Of a stretch of DNA of 64,000 nucleotides, positions 8,624 through 14,897 are shown piece after piece (the first letter of the stretch is position 1; each line of letters starts with the position of its first letter). This DNA is from Candidatus Kerfeldbacteria bacterium (GTDB lineage Bacteria > Patescibacteriota > Patescibacteriia > SBBC01), in assembly GCA_016207275.1 (NCBI GenBank), contig JACQPY010000013.1, positions 20,285 through 84,284 on the forward strand. Direction: 5' to 3'. The notes beneath the pieces were generated by a model. The model did not search any database. It was not told the origin of the DNA and worked only from the letters and a program-made list of their open reading frames with translations. The translations under genes were made by a program, and so were the position numbers.

Positions 8624-8698
8624 GCGCCCCGCACCAATGTCATCCTGAGCCTTGTCCCGTCGAATGACGGGATGGTTTCAGGAACTGGTGCGGGGCGC
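8624..8698. other. 75-nt nested stem-loop (13-bp outer stem GCGCCCCGCACCA/TGGTGCGGGGCGC with two inner stems); structured-RNA or terminator candidate
   Basis: Perfect 13-bp outer stem, inner stems TCCTGA/TCAGGA and CCCGTC/GACGGG. Confidence 0.4.
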
Positions 8699-8718
8699 GA
8701 GATTTGCTTTTGAACGTG

Positions 8719-9726
8719 CTATGGCATGTGGGAGTAGCGGAATCGTTCTAGACCACGCCGCTTCGATAAAATCTCCCAACGGAAAACAAGCTCTGGGCTT
8801 CTTTCGTCAATTACTTCGAAGGAACCGTCATGGCGAACGATATAACCCTGGAACGTTCCAGAGATTCCTTTGATGAAGACTTGGTAGTTTTCTGAAAACT
8901 TTCGGGGAGACACCAGTCGATTAAATCTGAGATCAATGGGAATTCTAACCCGTCCGTCCTGGAGCTGCGCCGTACCCTCATGAGTTACCCAGAGCAATGC
9001 ATGGGGCAGAATCGTAAGCTCGTCTCGTTTCGATTTAAATTGTGAGCGGAGACGGGCGGCTCGTTTGGACGGTCCATCCTTTGGGGGACGACGGGCAATA
9101 GAGTCGAACATCGATTCAGTCGCTAGTTCACCGTTAAATCCAAGCAAGGTCATGATGTATTGACGCATGGGCACTTCACCGAGGAGAGCGAATACTCGGC
9201 TCGCCGTCTGTTCTTGAGCGCACCCAAGCTCAAGAGATAACGCGCTCTGTTCTAGATAGGCGTGAACCTCTTCTTCGAAGCGATCGATCATGACATCATA
9301 TGAGGTGTCAGGTAGGTCCGAGAACCGATTGAAGAGATATTGCCGGGAAGTTAACCCAAGTGCCGATCGAACGTGTTGATACTCATGCCAGAGGATGCAG
9401 TATTTAGTTTTAGTTGAGACATTTGGATTGTCAAAGGTATCCGGATTCAGCCTCAGGACTATGAGCGTATCACTGTTTGGTTGCACACTTAAATGAACGG
9501 ACGCCTGGTGGATCATTGATTCGGTTGCACTTAACTCGAAGCCAATTGCTACCCGCTCTGCATCGTAGAGTGAAACTAGGTTATGTCGGATCTCCACTCG
9601 TGGATGAGTTGCCATAAGTTGTTTCATCCGTTCGACGAACCCGAGCAAGTACTCAGGATCAGATTGAGTCACTGAGATTCCTGATGTTGCGAATACCAGA
9701 AACATCCAAATTGCAAAGCCCATCAC
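8719..9726 (-). CDS. Secreted hypothetical protein with an HExxH motif (putative zinc metallopeptidase-like); low-GC gene
   Basis: N-terminal signal peptide MMGFAIWMFLVFATSGISVTQS; motif CILWHEYQHVRSAL. About 47% GC against roughly 60% flanks. Confidence 0.5.
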   Translation of the reverse strand: MMGFAIWMFLVFATSGISVTQSDPEYLLGFVERMKQLMATHPRVEIRHNLVSLYDAERVAIGFELSATESMIHQASVHLSVQPNSDTLIVLRLNPDTFDNPNVSTKTKYCILWHEYQHVRSALGLTSRQYLFNRFSDLPDTSYDVMIDRFEEEVHAYLEQSALSLELGCAQEQTASRVFALLGEVPMRQYIMTLLGFNGELATESMFDSIARRPPKDGPSKRAARLRSQFKSKRDELTILPHALLWVTHEGTAQLQDGRVRIPIDLRFNRLVSPRKFSENYQVFIKGISGTFQGYIVRHDGSFEVIDERSPELVFRWEILSKRRGLERFRYSHMP

Positions 9727-9840
9727 TCATCGCTCCTTCCAGGTTCAGGTATTTAGTTGTCAAACGTCATTTCGTTACAACCACGGCTCTACTCTATCGC
9801 TTTTCGTCTGAGTGTCAAGAGCATTTTCTCGATATTTTTC

Positions 9841-9869
9841 TTGACAACGAGAAAAGCTCGAGCTAGGAT
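9841..9869 (+). promoter_or_regulatory. Consensus sigma70 promoter: TTGACA, 17 bp spacer, TAGGAT
   Basis: Exact TTGACA -35; the predicted TSS falls at the start of the GCCGTCGC repeat block. A second extended -10 (TGATAGAAT) lies at 9916-9924. Confidence 0.45.
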
Positions 9870-9882
9870 GAAGTCAGAAATG

Positions 9883-10016
9883 AGCCGTCGCTAAAAGTCA
9901 GCGCCGTCGCAAAAATGATAGAATACAAAATTTGGTCTTCACAATCTCTCGAATTTTGGAGGAAAGAAGACGATTTTCCCATTGCGCCGTCGCCAAAAAG
10001 CGCCGTCGCAAGAAAA
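9883..10016 (+). repeat. Four copies of GCGCCGTCGC(A/C)AAAA (a fifth copy at 6784-6795)
   Basis: Copies at 9883-9897, 9901-9915, 9984-9998 and 9999-10016. The same decamer overlaps the asparaginase start at 6784-6795 next to a GCCGTC/GACGGC hairpin. Confidence 0.5.
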
Positions 10017-10181
10017 GTGGATAAAGTGCTAACAATTTCCATTATGACCAGATTCATCAGCGCCAAGCATCATAAAAAACCCGATCCAGCCTGGCCGGTC
10101 AGTCATTTCCAGCGCATCATCGCCACGATTCCGTGGTTGTCAACCTCGCCACGCCGCTCCACCGACCCCGCGCATGATGTT

Positions 10182-10327
10182 TCCGGCGGAGCCGGACCCC
10201 GCCGAATGGCTGGGCGGGGTCGAGTTGTTTCTACCCACGCACCAGCCCCGCCATTTGGCGGGACGGTGCGGGGTTCCGCTCCACGGAACCACGTATCGAG
10301 AGAAGCCACGGCCGTGAGGCCGTGGAG
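10182..10327 (+). ncRNA. Cluster of five consecutive GC-rich stem-loops (candidate structured ncRNA or leader); class not identified
   Basis: ccggcggagccgg; ccccgcc(gaatggctg)ggcgggg; ccccgcc(attt)ggcggg; ggttccg(ctcca)cggaacc; ccacggcc(gtga)ggccgtgg. No protein-like ORF (the 156-aa ORF is Arg/Pro low-complexity). Confidence 0.3.
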
Positions 10328-10381
10328 CTTCACCAGACGCGTTTCCCGGCAGCGCCGAACGTTGTGGGAGGTGTTGATTCC

Positions 10382-10468
10382 ATGATCCCGTTAGAGAGTC
10401 CTCTAAAAACCATAAAATGTTTTCGATGTGGGCTGAAAAGTTTATCGGCTAACTCTCTAACGGGATGA
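10382..10468 (+). CDS. 28-codon mini-ORF (MIPLESPLKTIKCFRCGLKSLSANSLTG) with a GGGAGG RBS, enclosed by a perfect 15-bp inverted repeat
   Basis: RBS GGGAGG at 10366-10371 lies 10 nt before the ATG. The IR is atcccgttagagagt (10385-10399) / actctctaacgggat (10452-10466). Leader-peptide or attenuator candidate. Confidence 0.3.
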   Translation: MIPLESPLKTIKCFRCGLKSLSANSLTG

Positions 10469-10792
10469 CCATAATATTGGTCCGGCTGAATTACTTCGGG
10501 CTCTTGCTGATTTTGCTCTTGATATGGCGCGTGATTTCTATGACTTAAGTAACGACCAGCAGCTCCGCTCCGCCCTGGTTGCGGTGGCACCAGGGGAGAG
10601 CGGAAAACCTGCCCCGTAGTCAACCGGAGGTTGTACTACTGGGGACCGATATCTCCACTTGTACATTACAAGCAGCCATGCACCGCGCGCCGCTTGGATG
10701 CATGGTGTAAAGGAGGTGATGACAGCTAATCGCGTGATTTCGTCTTGGTGATCGCAGTCTGGCAGTGAACCATGCAACGAAGGAGGAACCAC

Positions 10793-11248
10793 GTGAAACG
10801 CTTCAGGCTCGTAGCAGCGGGATTGGTCCTGCTCGTCACGGGCGTCATGAACCCGGTCGCCGCGCACGCAGTCGCGGTGTCGGGAAACGTCATGCTCGGA
10901 ACGAAGTCGACACAGGCAGTGGTTGCCGCGGTGCCGCTCGACGCTTCCACCGGCATCATCGATGCCGACCGCGCCGTAACGGTCTTTACCGGACTCAACG
11001 GTCGGTTCACCATCACTCCGCCGAGCGAGCAGTTCATGCTCGTGGCGTGGAATGGCAGCGACGCCGGGATCGTATTCGAACCAGTGAACGGCGTCACCAT
11101 CCATCTCCTTCGGCAGGATCCGCCGATTGTGACCGCCGCGAATACGTGGTGTACCTGCACCCGGCTCTTCTGGGGCTTGTACTACACGTGCTGGTGGGCG
11201 GACTGGGGAAAGATCGGCTGCGTCCTCTGGAAGGGTTGCCAGTGCTAG
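10793..11248 (+). CDS. Secreted Cys/Trp-rich small protein (bacteriocin-like)
   Basis: GTG start with an AAGGAGG RBS 7 nt upstream; signal peptide MKRFRLVAAGLVLLVTGVMNPVAAHA; C-terminus NTWCTCTRLFWGLYYTCWWADWGKIGCVLWKGCQC (6 Cys, 6 Trp in 35 aa). Confidence 0.55.
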   Translation: MKRFRLVAAGLVLLVTGVMNPVAAHAVAVSGNVMLGTKSTQAVVAAVPLDASTGIIDADRAVTVFTGLNGRFTITPPSEQFMLVAWNGSDAGIVFEPVNGVTIHLLRQDPPIVTAANTWCTCTRLFWGLYYTCWWADWGKIGCVLWKGCQC

Positions 11249-11324
11249 CGGACGGGGCGTTTGAGCAATCAAGCGCCCCGCTCAATCCCTCAACATTATT
11301 TATCAACGTAAGATTCTAACGTAT

Positions 11325-11585
11325 ATGATCAACAAGAAAGAACTCATCCTTGCCATCATGCTCTTTGTCGCTCTCTACGTTATTGAAGCGACGCTGATCA
11401 GCACCTTACGGCTGCGGGGGAACGCTGCCATTACGACTGTCTGGGCGACTATCGGTGCGCAAGTGCTTCTGACAATGCTTTTCTACCAACGCAAACGGGT
11501 GACCGCGGGATTCGTTGGCACAATTGCCGTTGGACTTCAGATGATCATGCAGATTACCGGATTATTGATGATTGCGACGACATAG
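11325..11585 (+). CDS. 86-aa two-TM membrane peptide (possible immunity or partner protein)
   Basis: MINKKELILAIMLFVALYVIEATLIST...; low-GC; lies 76 nt downstream of the Cys-rich gene, after a hairpin. Confidence 0.45.
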   Translation: MINKKELILAIMLFVALYVIEATLISTLRLRGNAAITTVWATIGAQVLLTMLFYQRKRVTAGFVGTIAVGLQMIMQITGLLMIATT

Positions 11586-11656
11586 TTCCGCCCTGACGAC
11601 TCTCGGTGGCAGTCGTGATGACAGAATCGGTGGTGCGTAAAGAAAGGGAAAAGCAT

Positions 11657-12025
11657 ATGGATCTTAACCGCGTTACCCTGATCGGGAACCTGACCCGGGA
11701 CCCGCTCAAGAAGTCCGCCCCCAGCGGGCAGACGATCAGCCAGTTCTCGCTGGCGACCAACTACAGCTGGCAGGACGCCGCTACGAAGTCACGGAAGGAG
11801 AACGTCGAGTTCCACAATATCGTGGCCTGGGGCAAGCTGGCTGACATTGTCAACCAGTACGTCAAAAAGGGGAGCAAGGTCTACGTTGAAGGCCGGCTGC
11901 GGAATAGCTCCTGGAAAGACAAAGACGGCAAGCCGCAGCGCAAGACCGAAGTGGTGGCGGACAACCTGATCATGCTCGGTCACCGCGGCCAGCGTGAAGT
12001 GAAGTTGGCCGAACAATCGCAGTAA
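11657..12025 (+). CDS. ssb: Single-stranded DNA-binding protein
   Basis: MDLNRVTLIGNLTRDPLKK...ISQFSLATN...VEFHNIVAWGKLADIV...KVYVEGRLRNSSWKDKDGKPQ is an OB-fold SSB. RBS AAAGGGAAAAG; start set at the internal ATG rather than 11606. Confidence 0.85.
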   Translation: MDLNRVTLIGNLTRDPLKKSAPSGQTISQFSLATNYSWQDAATKSRKENVEFHNIVAWGKLADIVNQYVKKGSKVYVEGRLRNSSWKDKDGKPQRKTEVVADNLIMLGHRGQREVKLAEQSQ

Positions 12026-12041
12026 GGTTTTTTCACAACAC

Positions 12042-12076
12042 GCCCTGAACCCGAGCGAAGCCTGGTGGTTCAGGGC
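12042..12076 (+). terminator. Stem-loop downstream of ssb (gccctgaacc / ggttcagggc); U-tract precedes rather than follows
   Basis: 10-bp perfect stem with a 15-nt loop. Not a canonical intrinsic terminator on either strand. Confidence 0.3.
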
Positions 12077-12124
12077 TGCCATCCGCACATCGCCGTTTGC
12101 CAGTGTCCGTCGTTTAAACAAATT

Positions 12125-12184
12125 CTCGCGCCACCGAGTTTGTCTCAGGGCGGATACAACCGACGGACGGTGTGCGGGTGGGAG
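12125..12184 (+). repeat. Direct repeat copy A (about 60 bp); partner at 12947-13006
   Basis: ctcgcgccaccgagtttgtctcagggcggatac...acggtgtgcgggtgggag; 33 + 18 nt are identical between the copies. Confidence 0.7.
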
Positions 12185-12292
12185 TGGACAGAGCGGAGAG
12201 AGAAGTGCAGGAACTCATCGTTCTAGTTCGTTTTGCGAATCGAACCCTGATGCTCGAAGAGGTGGGACTCGTATATTTGCTATACTGAAATT

Positions 12293-12943
12293 ATGGATCC
12301 TCGGATACACATTCTCGAAGCCAATCCGCCCCTCAGACGATTTGCTGCTATCCTCAGGAAGGAATGCGAGCACTCCCTGCAGCGTATCAAGTTATTGCTC
12401 AAGTTTAAGGATGTTGATATTGTATTGGCAGATGATCCGAGAAAGGTAGTGAAGCCCCTAGTCATTGGAGGGTGGACGCAGAATTCTCACCTCGTTTTTG
12501 TTTGGCTCAATTCTTCACATCGCTACTTTGCAAATCGGATTCGAACTGAGATTGGCCGAACTCTCGCTCATGAGTTGCATCACGTAGCACGTTGGCAGTT
12601 AACAGGAAAGTATGGTCGCAACTTGTTTGAGGCGCTGGTGACCGAAGGACTTGCCGACCATTTTGTGCTTCAAGTGTTCGACGGCAAACCAGAGCCATGG
12701 GATATTGTTCTCAGTCATGGTGCGCTGAAGAGATTTATCATTCGCGCGCGTCGAGAGTTTGCGAACAGAAGCTACGACCACCGTGCTTGGTTCTATGGTT
12801 CTCAGGGCCGAAGAATACCGAAGTGGACTGGTTATTCATTGGGATTTTACGTTGTCGCCAGGTACCTCGAGCAACATCCTCGCGAAACACCGGCACGGTT
12901 GGTAGGTGCATCGGCGAACAAATTTTTTAGTGCCGTTAAATAA
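12293..12943 (+). CDS. DUF2268-like putative zinc-dependent protease (HExxH: LAHELHHVARW); low-GC cassette gene
   Basis: 216 aa, about 47% GC. TG-n-TATACT extended -10 box 7 nt before the ATG (leaderless-type). Flanked by the ~60-bp direct repeats. Confidence 0.55.
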   Translation: MDPRIHILEANPPLRRFAAILRKECEHSLQRIKLLLKFKDVDIVLADDPRKVVKPLVIGGWTQNSHLVFVWLNSSHRYFANRIRTEIGRTLAHELHHVARWQLTGKYGRNLFEALVTEGLADHFVLQVFDGKPEPWDIVLSHGALKRFIIRARREFANRSYDHRAWFYGSQGRRIPKWTGYSLGFYVVARYLEQHPRETPARLVGASANKFFSAVK

Positions 12944-12946
12944 TTA

Positions 12947-13006
12947 CTCGCGCCACCGAGTTTGTCTCAGGGCGGATACCAGCTGCGGACGGTGTGCGGG
13001 TGGGAG
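12947..13006 (+). repeat. Direct repeat copy B; abuts the stop codon of the minus-strand aminotransferase
   Basis: See copy A. Confidence 0.7.
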
Positions 13007-14212
13007 CTAGCGCGTCGTCCCGGGATACTGCTCGAGGGCGGCGGCCAGGATTTTGGCTGAGCGGTCGAGGGCCGGTTCGCCGAGGACATAGGCAATTCGC
13101 GCTTCGTGGTGGCCGAGGTTGGATGTGACGTAAAACCCCGGGCCCGGGGCCAGGGCCACGGTCTCGCCGTCCAGGTGGAACGACTCGACCAGCCATTGGC
13201 AGAAGCGCTCGCTCGAGTCAACGGGTAGGCTGAGCATGACGTAGAGGGCACCAGCGGGTTCGGCAAACCGAATCGAGGGGATGAGCTTCAAGGCCGCTGT
13301 TAAGGAACCGTTTCGACGAGCGTAGGTTTCAACCAAAGAATCGGTGAAGCGCACTGAATCGGCCAGCAACGGGACGACGGCCATTTGTTCGATGGTCGGC
13401 GAGGACAACCGACCTTGAGCAAACTTAAGGGCGGCGTCTATGACGGCTTGGTTGGTTGACGCGATGCAGCCGATCCGGGCACCGCAGCAGTTGAAGCGCT
13501 TGGACACGCTGTCGACGAGAATGACCCGGTCCTGAATTTCCGCGATTGAAGCGAAGCTGCGCGGCGGTTGGCCACGGAAGACGATCTCCCGGTACGTTTC
13601 GTCGGCAATAATGAAGAGGCCATGTACTCGGGCGATCTCGGCCAGGGCGCGCTGTTCGTCGTCGCTTAAGACTGCGCCAGTCGGATTGGCCGGGTTGCAG
13701 ACGATGATGGCGCGCGTTCGCCGGCTGATCTGTTGAGCAATGACCTTGGCTGGCGGCAGGCGGAAGCCGGTCTCGAGGGTGAGCCTGATCGGACGCAGGG
13801 TAATACCGGCCATCTGGGCAAAGGTGACGTAGTTGGGGTAGAGTGGCTCGAACACCAGGACTTCATCGCCCGGATCGGTTACGGCCAGCAGGGCAAAGAT
13901 GATCGCCTCGCTGCCGCCGGTGGTGACAATGATTTGATCGGTAGAAAAGTCGGTGCCGACCCGTCGAAAGTACCGTTGCCAGGCGGAAATGGTCTCGGGC
14001 AGGCCGGCCGAGGGAGCATAGGCGACCACCGGCTCGGCAAACTGTCGGACGATTGCAAGGAATTCGGGCGGGGTCGGTAGGTCGGGTTGACCGATGTTGA
14101 GCTGGTTGACCCGAACGCCGCGACCTCGGGCGGCGTCAGCCGCGGCCTGCAGCTTGCGGATGGGTGAGGCCGGCGTCTGCCGGGCGCGGTGTGAGCTGGT
14201 CGGAGTGTTCAT
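13007..14212 (-). CDS. Class I/II (fold type I) PLP-dependent aminotransferase (aspartate/aromatic family)
   Basis: 401 aa; PLP-lysine motif SVSKRF; GxxxD and NPxNPTG-like motif (CNPANPTGAVLS). Confidence 0.8.
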   Translation of the reverse strand: MNTPTSSHRARQTPASPIRKLQAAADAARGRGVRVNQLNIGQPDLPTPPEFLAIVRQFAEPVVAYAPSAGLPETISAWQRYFRRVGTDFSTDQIIVTTGGSEAIIFALLAVTDPGDEVLVFEPLYPNYVTFAQMAGITLRPIRLTLETGFRLPPAKVIAQQISRRTRAIIVCNPANPTGAVLSDDEQRALAEIARVHGLFIIADETYREIVFRGQPPRSFASIAEIQDRVILVDSVSKRFNCCGARIGCIASTNQAVIDAALKFAQGRLSSPTIEQMAVVPLLADSVRFTDSLVETYARRNGSLTAALKLIPSIRFAEPAGALYVMLSLPVDSSERFCQWLVESFHLDGETVALAPGPGFYVTSNLGHHEARIAYVLGEPALDRSAKILAAALEQYPGTTR

Positions 14213-14284
14213 CTAAGTTTGTGGGTTTGCTCGAGCAGCCACGGCGGCGTGTTCATGTGCGTGCCCACTCCTGGACGTAGTGTT

Positions 14285-14815
14285 CCTAAAGTTGTAATCC
14301 CGTACAGAGCTCCGGGGCATGGATTCGAACCATGATTCGCGGCTCTCCCGCACTTAGCTCGAGGGCAGGATTCTCCGCCAAAGGCGGATCCGCCTTCTCT
14401 TTAAATCTTTTAAGTCAAAGTGGCGGAGAACCATCATAAGCACCTCTTCACCCCGCCTTTGGCGGAAAAGGCCGCTGTCCGGCCCTGCGCTCGGGGACAG
14501 GGATTCGAACCCCGATTAACGGCTCTTCCGCACCTAAGCTCGGGGGGCAGGATTCGAACCTGCGTACTGGGCTCCAAAGGCCCATGTCCTACCGTTAGAC
14601 GACCCCCGAACTTAGGTGCGGAATAAACTCCGGCCGCTGCCTGTCCCGCACCCTACGTGGTGCGGGGTCCTACCATTTAGACGATCCCCGAGCTGAGGGC
14701 GGGATAAACTCCGGGCGGTGCCGTGCGTAAACTTCTTGACGTTTAATAATGTCCTACGTGCCCGTACCTCCCGCCTTGGCGGGATGGTGCGGGGCCGTTA
14801 GATCACCCCCCATCG
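14285..14815 (-). repeat. Array of tRNA-Gln-derived partial copies around the intact gene, plus a 13-bp inverted repeat enclosing the tRNA
   Basis: Two 3'-half-like copies (T-arm + acceptor 3' strand + discriminator G) near 14306-14340 and 14493-14525. 5'-half-like copies (acceptor + D-arm) at 14667-14691 and about 14786-14812. The IR is TTCCGCACCTAAG (14526-14538) / CTTAGGTGCGGAA (14611-14623). Confidence 0.65.
14539..14609 (-). tRNA. tRNA-Gln (anticodon UUG), 71 nt, CCA not encoded
   Basis: Reverse complement reads TCGGGGG TC GTCT AACGGTA GGAC A TGGGC CTTTGGA GCCCA GTAC GCAGG TTCGAAT CCTGC CCCCCGA G. It has the U1:A72 pair and G73 typical of bacterial tRNA-Gln, and a canonical T-loop. Confidence 0.85.
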
Positions 14816-14897
14816 CGGTTTGCAGTGTACGTGAAATCGATGTCCGGAACAAGGGTATCGAGCAGTCCCGAGTCCAGTCTATGGTACAATACACTCC

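Noticed and set aside
10182-10327. RNase P RNA, tmRNA, SRP RNA or 6S identity for the five-hairpin cluster; glycine, TPP or cobalamin riboswitch for 10480-10790
   Set aside because: None of the diagnostic conserved motifs could be found by eye: the RNase P P4 GGAAAGUCCGG...AGGGUGAAA, tmRNA tag-coding and pseudoknots, the SRP GNRA-capped domain IV, or riboswitch consensus cores. The class is left unassigned pending an Rfam scan.
9915-10385. 156-aa plus-strand ORF inside the structured region
   Set aside because: The translation (…RRSTDPAHDVSGGAGPRRMAGRGRVV…) is dominated by Arg/Pro/Gly from GC hairpins and has no RBS or family resemblance. It is treated as non-coding.
10538-11272. Long minus-strand ORFs (244 aa and 144 aa) antisense to the structured region and the Cys-rich gene; similar antisense ORFs at 22372-23061, 20280-20849 and 17047-17789
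   Set aside because: They are Arg/Pro/Ala-rich and low-complexity with no motifs. They overlap well-supported sense genes or GC-rich hairpins, so they are ordinary high-GC antisense open frames.
14493-14525. Additional full tRNA genes next to tRNA-Gln (T-arm GGTTCGAATCC copies at about 14310 and about 14500)
   Set aside because: Only 33 nt separate the tRNA-Gln 3' end from the next T-arm, and the required 5' acceptor strands (TCGGGGA / TCCGGGG) are absent at the right distance. These are 3'-half fragments, not complete tRNAs.
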